DNA from: a virus
Strand: one strand, 5' to 3'
DNA: 64,000 nucleotides
IMG/VR virus record: IMGVR_UViG_3300046007_007028
Coordinates: 8,440 to 72,439 of that record
The notes beneath the pieces are model-generated. The model was given only the letters and a program-made list of their open reading frames with translations. It was not told where the DNA came from and searched no databases. Shown here in pieces: positions 47,001 to 56,601 of this stretch. Numbering within the stretch: position 1 is the first letter of the stretch; each line of letters begins with the position of its first letter. Both the position numbers and the translations under genes were made by a program.

Positions 47001-48605
47001 CATGTCAACGTCTGCGGATAGTTGTTTCGCATCGTTAATCATTTTGGTCTTTAATGCCGTTACTTGTTTTTGAACATCTATCTTAGTCCCGTCAAGCAAA
47101 GTAGTCTCAGCCTTGTTATAGGACTCTCGAACAAATTCCGCATCGGCTTCTGATATTTCACCTTGCGCAATTAACTTGTTAAGAGTTTTTTCAAGTCCCG
47201 AAAGAGCCGTAGACAACTCAAAATAATCTTCAAGAGATTCGATTTTATTTTCCGACAATGAAGCTACCTCTCTAACAAGCTTATCCAACTGATTCCTTGT
47301 CGCAGGAGGGTCGATCAGGTCCATAATATCATTATAGACCGCATTCATAACCTTTACGTCGGGAACTCTTTTTTGAGCCAAACCATTTAGCGCTTGTTCG
47401 TAGTCTGAAAGCAGATTGGCCGGTATTGCACGGGGATTTATGGCAAGAAACTGCTTGACAAGAGAAGTGTGATTCCCATAGTCTTTGTTGCGCAACTTTC
47501 GCTGCATAGAATTTATATCCGATACGCGATCAACATAATTCGCGTCGTCAATAATGTTGTTTACCAATTCAGAAAACTTCTCGTGAGACGCTTTAGTAAA
47601 CACCTTTGGAATACCATTAAGGATTTGCTGGACCTGCTTAGGAGAAAGTTCGCCTTTTAATGTGGCAATGGCTTCTGAAATAATGTCCTTGATTTTAGTT
47701 CGGGTTACATCAGCTCCCGCTACAAACCCAGCTTTCATGCCCTGCGTGGCTCCCTTCTGAAATCCCTCTTGTTTTCCAAAGCCCATACCAATATCAAACG
47801 CCTTATTGATAGCCTTTTGAATACGGGCTTTGGTGCTTTGATTTTTTGCCCCAGTTGTACGGTTTATGTCGGCCTTAACGGTCCCTTTTTCATAAGACAA
47901 AATTGCATTGGCCGCATCCTCTAACTCCTTGTCGCTATATTCCCCTTTCGCTTTTAACGCTTGTCGGGCCTCATACATGGCGTGCGCACGGGTAATGGCC
48001 TTTCCAGCCTCGCGTGCAGCCTTTAATATCCCCGCATAAATATCAAGAAGCAGCAGTGTTGTTGAGTTAAATAAAAAGGGGTCGTTTAATGTTCGTTTTT
48101 TTAAGGCGTCCCGAAGCTTGTCTACCGCGTCAATATGACTGTCCAGAATACTATCCTCCATTATGCGGCTTTCCACCGATACAGGCTTAATGCCATATTC
48201 GTTTTGTTGCGCCCTGACGTATTCCGCCATTTTAGCCGCTATGGGACTATCGGTATCAAGAAGTTCCGCTTGAGGGCGGGACAAAAGGTCTTGATAGATT
48301 TGATTGGCTTGCGTTGCTTTAGTCTTTTCATTTAATGGGGGTAGTCCCATTTGATTAAGATAGTAGGGAAGCTCTTCTTCCAGCGTTTCTTTTGAAAGAC
48401 CAGCCCCTTCTTCTATTCTTGAAAATACTTCTGCATAGGATGTGATCTTAGGGGCCTCTACCCCTTTTTTTCCCACCACACCCCCCTCCTCCTTCCTCCC
48501 CTCCATCCACACCTCCGGGTTGTCAATAAGGTACTGCCGGGCCTCGTCGTAAGACAAGACCTTGCCGGAGGAAACGATGGTGAATTTACATGGGGTTAAG
48601 CTCAT
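43989..48605 (-). CDS. Large cargo/ejection protein
   Basis: 1538 aa helical; FLQSY...E motif in C-terminal region. Confidence 0.7.
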   Translation of the reverse strand: MSLTPCKFTIVSSGKVLSYDEARQYLIDNPEVWMEGRKEEGGVVGKKGVEAPKITSYAEVFSRIEEGAGLSKETLEEELPYYLNQMGLPPLNEKTKATQANQIYQDLLSRPQAELLDTDSPIAAKMAEYVRAQQNEYGIKPVSVESRIMEDSILDSHIDAVDKLRDALKKRTLNDPFLFNSTTLLLLDIYAGILKAAREAGKAITRAHAMYEARQALKAKGEYSDKELEDAANAILSYEKGTVKADINRTTGAKNQSTKARIQKAINKAFDIGMGFGKQEGFQKGATQGMKAGFVAGADVTRTKIKDIISEAIATLKGELSPKQVQQILNGIPKVFTKASHEKFSELVNNIIDDANYVDRVSDINSMQRKLRNKDYGNHTSLVKQFLAINPRAIPANLLSDYEQALNGLAQKRVPDVKVMNAVYNDIMDLIDPPATRNQLDKLVREVASLSENKIESLEDYFELSTALSGLEKTLNKLIAQGEISEADAEFVRESYNKAETTLLDGTKIDVQKQVTALKTKMINDAKQLSADVDMDGLTDLQKETGNALMRIPISILQDFTPGQLDAYQKAIIGLSNGFLNTTTYDLIKQAGLIEKARSIAEASKDVVQAKADTEKRSQLHQLVGKFGGPMWKSVDKMTAQLLLKNKDYWDDFFGVGKKKPIWKKILSPIIDAVDKALHQAKVLSSNYYKAVSGADEIQKDRVALALIQMDYEANPSIIKGETIDHKDLPTEEKDYYRYITENLDSFARVDDKEKARIKRAWKSMPKDGNGNVDIKAYVASLSKKEKQILDAVREIYSKSEDYVRINTEKRGDIFQLRQEYANRMVRQKSEVEDASNAQFIEDILGGKTPAAIRLKQAATNKRTGDRYYVSYNLDNMILSHIRDTFRDYYLTDPVRTTIGAMSRLATRSQKNSDQQRFLVAMEEAIKQGLITTLDLQQEGSDQVSRTVDAILRANRTLKLSTVRFLADFVSNLSRLAIENPAAYTRATEILIDKDQKYDHLLEQLFTSVSDFSGILGQESITSSKDALSKFSDRLIGLGDAGPMKVSAITLFEKAFKKQTGKDFDIDAFLDPDNTYRDDNAKAILSAKQDSQLELSKEFVPSSAFAQSSHTKLVPFTEGTKSLLSKKKWVAKMFGFLQSYTIHEATKTAQAFKDLALGTNEGRVKAAQRIASVQISNAVYMVGMSMLAQAFKEISDDDDEPWDEEAKKVLSTWTDDLGSMFVGNNLSLLTGRYGPIFRALIAVSLGIAKTALKDSEQKENVEKLAQYANEGLYTNPVTDKSTGTDWLRLVPAIGSTGATLLRGTYSTAKVSNELLQGKDPEEKDRLLALQMLNILASMAIRNPITPSLDKYLSAKRKNITDKEREGKAKIQQARALLKPEEESRKRANEVIDAAIQTGDVKTFVDAVETLKGTYETGFEKRKVLKEVAKKALSEGTLTEKIGLEQSYLDEFFTIYKTGQMRAAQSEYSKKQLDRIRQLYNNRELTESIMQTYKAEYQQALKAMEFLKSTGLYDKEDVERMRPRWMRTYERKMLYGPQN

Positions 48606-49627
48606 TTTTTCAGCCTTTGGATTGCTTTTAACATTGACCTAACTTTCTCGTCTTTTATCGAATACCTCTGCCCCGGACCCCATAAAGTATCTGACTTGGA
48701 GGGCTCAGGCTGCGGTATGGGCATTGTTCTTAGCGTTTGCTCCGGAACAGCAGGGGCCACATTTGTCGAAGGCTGCATGGGTGCGATGGACTGCGGGACC
48801 GGGGTAGGTGCGGGCTGAAACTTGCCCTCTTCTTGCGGCGTGGCAAAGAATGGTTTTTTTTCTGCTTGCCTCTGTCTTGCAAAATCAATAGCCTTCCTAC
48901 TTATCACATCATCCACGCCTTGCCTCGCAGACGGATTGTATTTGCCAGAAAGTAAGTATGCCACCTCTGATTTTGTCAGGGTCGGCACCATAGTAGGAAT
49001 CAAAACTTCTTTCCCGCCAATATTCACTCCGATTGATAATTCGGTGGATACCTTGCCGTCAGGCCGCTTAATTTCCCCAAAGAATCCTTTTCCCTTTGGA
49101 GTGCCGTCGGGGCGTAGGTTGCCGTTGTTGCGAACTTGCACCAAATTTTCTTGTAAATGAAATCCCGGCCTTTTGGCTACCGTTTTCCAATTAGCCGAAT
49201 TATTGCCATAGTCTCGTTTTTCTTGGTTTAGCACTACTGGCTGTTGCGGAGCAGGAAATGGTAATGGTTTATGATGCCTTATTCCGGGCGAATCAATATA
49301 CTGATTCGTCCCCTTCATCTCTAATTGATTTTCTGGAATGTTTAGCCTATATCTTGCCTTGAATTGATTATCCCTAACCCTGTTAGGGTCCGTCGCCCTT
49401 TCAATATAATCTTTTTCATAAAAAGCATTTCTTTGGGCCGGCGTCATTTTGACCAACTCATTCCACTTTCCTATTTCATATTTTTGATATTCATGCAACG
49501 CCAAACTATCCTGATACGCCCTGAGTCGCGGGTCGTTCGGATTTGAAACGACAATAGGCTTCCTTTGCCGGTCTTGGAGGACCCGCATTGCAGCAAGTGT
49601 CGTAGGGTCGGCTGGCGGATAGAGCAT
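48602..49627 (-). CDS. Hypothetical protein
   Basis: RPDGTPKGKGFFG...STELSI...LIPTMVP domain with Pro-rich linkers. Confidence 0.7.
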   Translation of the reverse strand: MLYPPADPTTLAAMRVLQDRQRKPIVVSNPNDPRLRAYQDSLALHEYQKYEIGKWNELVKMTPAQRNAFYEKDYIERATDPNRVRDNQFKARYRLNIPENQLEMKGTNQYIDSPGIRHHKPLPFPAPQQPVVLNQEKRDYGNNSANWKTVAKRPGFHLQENLVQVRNNGNLRPDGTPKGKGFFGEIKRPDGKVSTELSIGVNIGGKEVLIPTMVPTLTKSEVAYLLSGKYNPSARQGVDDVISRKAIDFARQRQAEKKPFFATPQEEGKFQPAPTPVPQSIAPMQPSTNVAPAVPEQTLRTMPIPQPEPSKSDTLWGPGQRYSIKDEKVRSMLKAIQRLKK

Positions 49628-50097
49628 TATTTCAAAAGCCTTTGATTAACAAGCCCCACTCCAACGCTGTCGATTTCGGCGATTAGGTCAGCAATTTCTC
49701 CCACCGCCTCAAGCTGTGCCTTTGCAAAGTCTTGAAACACGGTTTTGAGCGCCACGCTATCGGCCTTCTGATACGCTTTTTCGTATTGCTTCATCAGGCT
49801 CACTTCGGCCTTATATGCCCCGTTTAGCGCATCCTGAATGGTTTCTCCATCAAATTCCACTTCGTCGATTGCCTCCATTTCAAGTTCAAAACCGCAATCA
49901 TTGGCTATGTTCCTTAGCTTTCGCCAATGGGCCAACTCATTATTAGCTTCGTCGTCAAAGTAGGCGACAAATCCGGTAAGATGCTTTGCGAGGGCGCAAG
50001 ATGCAGCGTAAAGGTAGAGGTGGTTAGCCGTCAATTCCGCATTGGCAAGTTCTTGTATCAAGTCCCTGTCCGTTTTTCCGACAATAGGCTCTTTCAT
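49627..50097 (-). CDS. Ferritin-like protein
   Basis: E-L-x-A..Y, GF..YF..EA.NE..H, AE, F...Q.E four-helix ferroxidase pattern; own TATATTTG box at 50103-50110. Confidence 0.8.
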   Translation of the reverse strand: MKEPIVGKTDRDLIQELANAELTANHLYLYAASCALAKHLTGFVAYFDDEANNELAHWRKLRNIANDCGFELEMEAIDEVEFDGETIQDALNGAYKAEVSLMKQYEKAYQKADSVALKTVFQDFAKAQLEAVGEIADLIAEIDSVGVGLVNQRLLK

Positions 50098-50183
50098 GGG
50101 TTCAAATATACATGAAATTTCATTTGTCGATAAAATGTTGGGAGTGGTCGAAATCCTGCCCTCCACGTGGAACGGGGGCTTGC

Positions 50184-53100
50184 CTACGGACAATCAATCT
50201 CGATAGCCCCTTTCTTTTGCAACCCCCTGAGTATCTTCTCGGCGTTCTTTGCCACCTGCTCGATAACATCAAACTTCTCCGGACCCACCTGTTCTTTCAA
50301 CGCCGCCCGTGCTTTGCGGCCTTCCTGTCCTTTGGTCTCGAATGCGGCAAGGGGAGAGGGGGCTGGCTGCTGCGCCTTTGTTTGATCGGGGGATTCGGGA
50401 GTGGGGGTTAATGGCGATTGGTCAGACTCTCCAGATTCTCGAAGACGAGTAAATCCTTCTTGCTGCTCACGATACGCCCTTTGCCCCTCAGAGACTCTCT
50501 CTTGAACGGCTTCCTTCGTTTTTTTAACGCCTTCAAATCCAGCTTTACTACCTTCAAGGTAGATAAATGTTTCAAATCCTTCAGGGGCATCTTCATTGGT
50601 ATAAGCAATTTTATCTCCGTTAAAATAATCTTCTTTTAATGGCTTTCTTGTGTCTGCGTTGGCATCTAAAAAAGCAACCAAATTCTTTGCATTCGCAATA
50701 GCATCGGCACGTGCTTTGCCTGTAAGGTCTTTGTTGTTTACAATTCCCCTTAGCAAATCCTTAGCAGCCTCCAGTCTGTCTATCCCTTTTTGCGTCACCT
50801 TCCTTTTGCTGGAAAACTTACCCGATGATGTTGTTTGTGTCAGAACTTTATCCTCCACCTCCCCCACCTCCTGTTGTGTTTCGGGGAGGGGTTGGGGTTC
50901 TGGTACGACAAACCCTCGTTCTTCTCTTAATAATTTAATTGCGTTTTCGCTTGTGAGTTCTTGTAGTTTTTTGTTTGAAACTGCCTTTTCAAATGTTTCC
51001 AAAGAGGAGTTTGGATTATTTGCAATGGACCAAGTAATATTACTTTCTTCTGGAAGTCCATTTACCCTATCCAAAACTTCTTGAAGTTCAGTATTTGATT
51101 TTGAGCCGTCCGCAATAGTTCTTAAAACTTTTGCTTTTAGGCTAATATCTTCTGTATTGTCAAATACTTCTTTCCAGTTTTTGCCTTTGCCAAATGTTGA
51201 TTTTCTGCTTTTCCAAAAAGATTTTCCCTCTTCTGTTAGGCTTTCCGTTGGCACCAATGGGTGTCCTTCGCTTTGTGCAAAATCATACATAGCGGTCATA
51301 ATCCCTTTCCTTCGATTCGCCTTGCTTACCTCAATATCATTCCCACTCCAAACCTTCCCGTTTCTTGTTTCAAACAAGGCGCTCCCAACCTCATTGCCAC
51401 TACTGTCGGCTGCTTTAATATAAAAGTGGCCGGTTTTTTTATCCTTATCTATTACAAGCGTAATTTCATTTCCGTCTTTATCGGTTATTTTCTTTTCTGC
51501 CTTATACCACTTTTTGCCGTCTTCTTTAACTTGTACTTCTTGATTCATTTCTGGTTCTACTTCCCCCACAACTTGCTCCTCCTCCACAACCACGCCCTCT
51601 TCTTGGTTAAGGCTGGGGGTGGGTTCCTCATCCAACTGCCTTTGCATTTCAGCAAACCTTTCCTGCTTTGCGTTTTCTTTTACCGCATCCACCTTTGCAG
51701 AACTTTCCGCTCTTGCAGGCTCGGTCTTGTTGATTGCAATATCCTGCTTTTGCTCCATTGTCATACCAGCCAATTCCTCTTCGGTATATCCAAGTTTCAA
51801 AAGAGCTGCATCAAATGGGTTTTGAATTTGGAAGTCCACTTCCGAGACGGACATAGTTGGCATTGGTGCACTCTCCTCCACCATCTGCCTTAATTCGGCT
51901 CCCTCCACGGAAACCGGTTCAGACACATCAGCCTGTACTCTTGCCTCGCCCACAGGTAGCTGAGTTCCAGTAGCGCCTGGCGATGGGGATTGAGTAGGTG
52001 TTTCATTGGTCCCGATTCTAAACTCCGAAAATGGTCTATTTTCCGTCCCGTTAATTCTGTTTTTAATATAATTTACTACCGTTGTTTGGTCGGCTCCAAA
52101 ATCAAAAACATGACCATTTGCCCTTAACATATCAGCAATTTGCTCAAATGTTAATCCCCTTTTTATACCAGAGGAAATCGTTCTTTCAATAGATTGCTCT
52201 TGAAATTCAGCATCTTCACCTTCTAATAAAATATTAGAGCCATCTGGGTTGTATTTTTTAACTAAAAAAACATTTGAAAAATACGGCTGCTTTCCATTTT
52301 CCGCTTGTGCCGTCCCGCCATCTTGGGTTTCAACAGGTGTTTCATAACTCTCAACCGCCAATCTAACCATTTCCCGGTAATTTGGGTCGTCGGGCAGGTC
52401 TTCCAAGGTCTGCTGCCCTTCAATTATTTTCCTTGCATCATCCTCAACCGACGCCAGTCGTGCCTCGTCCTGCAACGTACCGTCTTTAAAGGCTTGCAGT
52501 TCCTCGTCGGTGGTGGTGACGTATTCGGTGTCTTCCGCCACTGGGGCCGCTTGCTCCTGCTTTGACTTAGCCGCAAATTCTTGCATAAAAGTCCCGCCAT
52601 CTCTTTTTGAAATGTATTCACCAAGCAAGCCTAAAGTGTTCTCATAATCCGAAATGCCTTGTGCAATTTGATCCTGAGTCAAAACTCGGTTTGTAGATTG
52701 TTGTTGATTCCTAAATATTTTGTATTCATTGTAAATCCCTTCCATCAAATCTTTCACCGACTGAACTCCGACCATTTTTCCTTGAGAAACCGACTGGATA
52801 AGACTTTTAGCTTCTTGTGGAAGCGCCTGAATGGGGGATACGAATTGGAAGCCCGACCTTTCTTGACCGGCTTTTATTGCATCGTCGCTTTGTTTCGCCT
52901 GCTGTTTAACATCCTCTTCTTGTCTTACAGGAACTTCCGGCTTAAACTCAGGTGCTCCTTCTGGTACGTCCTGCGTCGGAATGCCGCCAAGCTGGGTTGG
53001 GGGCTGCTGTGGACCCGCATCTTTCTTGCCGCCACCAAAGGCCCTGTTCAACAACCGTCCGCCAGCAACCAGACCAGTACCACCAACAGTGCCACTTACA

Positions 53101-54266
53101 AAAGACTCTTTCAGCCTTTCCTGCCCTTCGGGACTTGAAAAAATGCGCTCTACATTCTGGCTAAATTGGTCTAAGTTTTTCGACGGGGCAGCCGCCTGAG
53201 CAAACATTGAAGTTGCTTCCTGAGCCTGTTCTATGGCGCCTTCGTAAATTCCAACACCTGTGGTAGCAAGACCGCCACGGGCCGCCCTCTGCCAGCTTTT
53301 ATTGCCAAGTCCTTTCAGTACATTGTCCCTGAGCCACTTATACCCACCCTTGGTTTTGATGGCTTTTGAAATTACTCCGCCCTCAAACTTTTCAAGCAAA
53401 CCCGTAACCCCGGCAGACAAATATGCAATAACATCCGCATCGTCTCCATCGGCAATAACTTGTTCGGGAGTTCGGTTTGTTTGTTTAGCAATTTCCTCTA
53501 CCCCCTGAGCGTATTCGCTTGGAAGGGTCTGGGCAAACATGGAATACCCACCTGTCCACGCGGCAGGAAGCATCTGCATACCGGCATCAAGGATAGTGGA
53601 AATCGTTGCTTCCGGAACTCTATTCCAGTCGCCCCGCTTAACGGCCTGATATACACTTGGTTCGATGTTGTATATCTCTCTTTCTTTTTGCAGCTTTTCA
53701 TCAAGGGCGCTGTTCCACCGCATGACGCTTTGCTTGACCTTTTTTTCGTTTTCCTTCGCCTCTTTTTCGCCTTCCCCAAACGTCAACAAGCTCCTTTGCT
53801 TTGCGGCCAAAAGCCGTTCGCCTTGGACAATCTTGCTATACATATTGTCAAAGGCAGCACCAGCTTGTTTGCCGAGGTCCTTGGTCTTTTCCCACCACCC
53901 ACGGCCTTCGTCTCTGCGATCCTGTGCATCCTGGCGGGCCATCTGTTGCTTTTCAGGCGGGAGGTTCATAACCATCCCCCTCGCCACATCGCTTACCGAC
54001 TGCGCCTTCGGAGGGGCCGTAACCAGCGGAACGGGGGAAACGGGTTTTGGCGGGGCCATGTATTGCTCAAAGAATAGGTCCACCGTGGGAACCACTCCCT
54101 TCTCAACCATCTGGTTGGCCACCGCCATAGCGGCCTTCTCGTCGCTCAATAAGCGGCTTTCAAACTCCTTGAAAGAGTATTGCTTAAACGTCCCCGCAGT
54201 CTTGGGGTCGGTAATCAACGCCCGATAAATGTCCCGACGGTCGCCCGGTTTTATTTCTTCTTCCAT
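50184..54266 (-). CDS. Large polyvalent cargo protein with GNAT-like domain
   Basis: 1360 aa; EG..E..QE cargo motif; V...RRKGIMTAMY acetyl-CoA-binding motif. Confidence 0.7.
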   Translation of the reverse strand: MEEEIKPGDRRDIYRALITDPKTAGTFKQYSFKEFESRLLSDEKAAMAVANQMVEKGVVPTVDLFFEQYMAPPKPVSPVPLVTAPPKAQSVSDVARGMVMNLPPEKQQMARQDAQDRRDEGRGWWEKTKDLGKQAGAAFDNMYSKIVQGERLLAAKQRSLLTFGEGEKEAKENEKKVKQSVMRWNSALDEKLQKEREIYNIEPSVYQAVKRGDWNRVPEATISTILDAGMQMLPAAWTGGYSMFAQTLPSEYAQGVEEIAKQTNRTPEQVIADGDDADVIAYLSAGVTGLLEKFEGGVISKAIKTKGGYKWLRDNVLKGLGNKSWQRAARGGLATTGVGIYEGAIEQAQEATSMFAQAAAPSKNLDQFSQNVERIFSSPEGQERLKESFVSGTVGGTGLVAGGRLLNRAFGGGKKDAGPQQPPTQLGGIPTQDVPEGAPEFKPEVPVRQEEDVKQQAKQSDDAIKAGQERSGFQFVSPIQALPQEAKSLIQSVSQGKMVGVQSVKDLMEGIYNEYKIFRNQQQSTNRVLTQDQIAQGISDYENTLGLLGEYISKRDGGTFMQEFAAKSKQEQAAPVAEDTEYVTTTDEELQAFKDGTLQDEARLASVEDDARKIIEGQQTLEDLPDDPNYREMVRLAVESYETPVETQDGGTAQAENGKQPYFSNVFLVKKYNPDGSNILLEGEDAEFQEQSIERTISSGIKRGLTFEQIADMLRANGHVFDFGADQTTVVNYIKNRINGTENRPFSEFRIGTNETPTQSPSPGATGTQLPVGEARVQADVSEPVSVEGAELRQMVEESAPMPTMSVSEVDFQIQNPFDAALLKLGYTEEELAGMTMEQKQDIAINKTEPARAESSAKVDAVKENAKQERFAEMQRQLDEEPTPSLNQEEGVVVEEEQVVGEVEPEMNQEVQVKEDGKKWYKAEKKITDKDGNEITLVIDKDKKTGHFYIKAADSSGNEVGSALFETRNGKVWSGNDIEVSKANRRKGIMTAMYDFAQSEGHPLVPTESLTEEGKSFWKSRKSTFGKGKNWKEVFDNTEDISLKAKVLRTIADGSKSNTELQEVLDRVNGLPEESNITWSIANNPNSSLETFEKAVSNKKLQELTSENAIKLLREERGFVVPEPQPLPETQQEVGEVEDKVLTQTTSSGKFSSKRKVTQKGIDRLEAAKDLLRGIVNNKDLTGKARADAIANAKNLVAFLDANADTRKPLKEDYFNGDKIAYTNEDAPEGFETFIYLEGSKAGFEGVKKTKEAVQERVSEGQRAYREQQEGFTRLRESGESDQSPLTPTPESPDQTKAQQPAPSPLAAFETKGQEGRKARAALKEQVGPEKFDVIEQVAKNAEKILRGLQKKGAIEIDCP

Positions 54267-55849
54267 ATATCAAGAATGCCTTGCGTTTTTTGAGGTCCAC
54301 TTCCTGCGTCGCTATCCCGGTCGATAGCAGTCTGAATATCTACGCCATCCTCCTCCGGAATAAAAAGCTTAATTGATGGGTATCTACCCCCTTTTAATTG
54401 CTTGCCGTCGGAATCAATCGGGTTGCCATACTCATCGGTATTGGGATACACCACGTCCGCCGTTACTTCATACCCGCTAAGGAATTGGGTCTTGGCAAGT
54501 TTGGCCTTATCATTTTTGATGTTCTGGTAAACAACATCGTCAAGTGGCGTATTGGCCGGAACGGTGTAAATAACTTTGCCATTACGGGTAAAGTCAATGG
54601 GTTCTTTGGTGAACGGCCTGCGCTGCTTAGAGGCAAGGCGATATTGGAATCCCTGATTGATTGTGTACCCGCCGCGATTGTTTGCTTGGACAAGCCCTGC
54701 CGCCTCAGCAACACCGGGGTCGGATAGCAGGAACGCCCGTGTACCAGCATTAGCAACTTGCGGCCTGTCAAATATGTGATTTTCTGCCTTTGGGTCAGTA
54801 AAAGTCCCGTTCATTTTAAGGTCTTTAACAACTTTTCCCTTGGCATCTTTGAGCGGCACAGAAAAGACAAAGTTGCTGCGGGTTCCCGTGCTGGTGGCGT
54901 ACTTCTTGTCCTTCTCGTCGCCTCCCTTGTCCTTCTTCTCATAATCATTAACCACCTCAAACCCAAGGCGACCACCGATATAGCGGTCCACGGCCTTGTC
55001 TGTAACTTTGAGCAAAATACCCTTCTCTGCGTCGGTTAGGTCCTCGTAGGCTTTGGATAAGATGTTTTTGTCGTATCCGAACTGATTGAAAAGCTCCTCA
55101 TAAACAAATGGCAGTTGCTCCTTAATTACGGGGTCCTGCTTCAAATACTTTAGGCCGTCCCCCGTCTTAACCTGCATCTTCCCCGTTTTGCGGTTGTAGG
55201 TAGCGAATACCGGAATGTTGGTTTCTGTTTCGTTGCCATCAATGTCAATTACCTTGGCTTTTTTCACCCCCGCATCTTTAGCCGCCTTGTCGCCAAGTTG
55301 AGCGTAATTGAAGTAGGCGGGGTTGCGTTTCACCTTTTCTTCCATCTTGATATTCAGCGACGGGTCAAGGTAGTTGTCGCCCTTTTGAGTCAACTCATGC
55401 GCCACTTTGTCGGGGTTGAAGGCGTAGCCGGTCTTGTTGAGTTCCTCAGCCCTTTTGTAAAATCGCTCTTGTTGCTGGTCAAGCATTACTCCCCTTCCCA
55501 TCTTTTTTGCCTTGGCGGCTCTGGTAACTTGCGCCGTTATATACGGATCTCCATTCGCCCGCCTGATTGCGTCAATCGCCTCCATGTCATCTTTTAAGTT
55601 ATCCTCGGCATATTTCATAGGAAACAATCCCCCCTTAGCCGCCACATCAAACTCTGGATACTTTATCGGCTCCTCTTTGACCGGCTTATTGGCCTTCATC
55701 CGCTGCAATGCCTCAAACTTAGCCATCGCATCCCGACGGTTGGCAAGGTTACCCAATACGCCCAAAGTAGGCATCGGGTTAAACACCTGCGCCTCACCGC
55801 TGCCAATCCGGCCTCCCGGAACTAAAACATTACCACTAAGTTCTGCCAT
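54251..55849 (-). CDS. Internal virion/cargo protein
   Basis: 532 aa, K-rich, precedes large cargo gene. Confidence 0.6.
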   Translation of the reverse strand: MAELSGNVLVPGGRIGSGEAQVFNPMPTLGVLGNLANRRDAMAKFEALQRMKANKPVKEEPIKYPEFDVAAKGGLFPMKYAEDNLKDDMEAIDAIRRANGDPYITAQVTRAAKAKKMGRGVMLDQQQERFYKRAEELNKTGYAFNPDKVAHELTQKGDNYLDPSLNIKMEEKVKRNPAYFNYAQLGDKAAKDAGVKKAKVIDIDGNETETNIPVFATYNRKTGKMQVKTGDGLKYLKQDPVIKEQLPFVYEELFNQFGYDKNILSKAYEDLTDAEKGILLKVTDKAVDRYIGGRLGFEVVNDYEKKDKGGDEKDKKYATSTGTRSNFVFSVPLKDAKGKVVKDLKMNGTFTDPKAENHIFDRPQVANAGTRAFLLSDPGVAEAAGLVQANNRGGYTINQGFQYRLASKQRRPFTKEPIDFTRNGKVIYTVPANTPLDDVVYQNIKNDKAKLAKTQFLSGYEVTADVVYPNTDEYGNPIDSDGKQLKGGRYPSIKLFIPEEDGVDIQTAIDRDSDAGSGPQKTQGILDIWKKK

Positions 55850-56600
55850 GCCTGTATCCTAAATTGCGCTCAATGATTTTAAGGATTGTCGTTCTGTCAA
55901 TCTTGTTCTGCTGGGTTATCTGATACAAATATGCACCCGCATAGTCATTCTTGTACGTTTCGGCCATCGCCAAAGACCCCCGACTCCGGTGCCACTTCCA
56001 CATACAGTAGTCCTTAAAGCAAGCAATAAACCACGGATTGATGCACGTTTCGCCCGACGGGGTAATGCAGTTCTTGTAGAAATGCAGGACAATATTGGTG
56101 TACGGATACCGGTGCGAAGTGTATATCCGGTTGGTCTTGTAGTCAATGCTGTAATCGCCAAAGTCCTGACCGTTCCCGAAGCTGGAAAGCCCCATCGACC
56201 CGCTCCCACTCCATGCCCCAACCCCGTACAAGCTACCCCAATACCAGGCATTTGCCTGAGAATCGTTGGTGACAAGTCCCTTGGTTGGCTGCACGGGAAG
56301 CTGGTTTGTCCCCCGTGTATTTAGTGCCAGCCCTTTGATGTACCTACCCACCTGAACCCCCACTGAAATAAGGTCCACCATGCCCACCGGAAGCGGGACG
56401 GAATTGGACCCTGAATTATCGAAGTAGTAGGTGACGGTAGCATCCCGGTCGGGGACCTGAAAGGTTTTGGCGTCCTGCTGCATTTGCCGGACAAAGTCAA
56501 GGCCCCACGAAATGAACTTGAGTTCTTCGGATGCGGGAATGTCGTTTTCAAGCAACATCACCCCGACAAGTTCCCGTATGGATTGTGTAAGTTTTCCCAT
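55836..56600 (-). CDS. Tail ring (tubular) protein
   Basis: SVPLPVGMVDL..VG; one of three tandem 200-250 aa genes. Confidence 0.6.
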   Translation of the reverse strand: MGKLTQSIRELVGVMLLENDIPASEELKFISWGLDFVRQMQQDAKTFQVPDRDATVTYYFDNSGSNSVPLPVGMVDLISVGVQVGRYIKGLALNTRGTNQLPVQPTKGLVTNDSQANAWYWGSLYGVGAWSGSGSMGLSSFGNGQDFGDYSIDYKTNRIYTSHRYPYTNIVLHFYKNCITPSGETCINPWFIACFKDYCMWKWHRSRGSLAMAETYKNDYAGAYLYQITQQNKIDRTTILKIIERNLGYRHGRT

Positions 56601-56601
56601 A

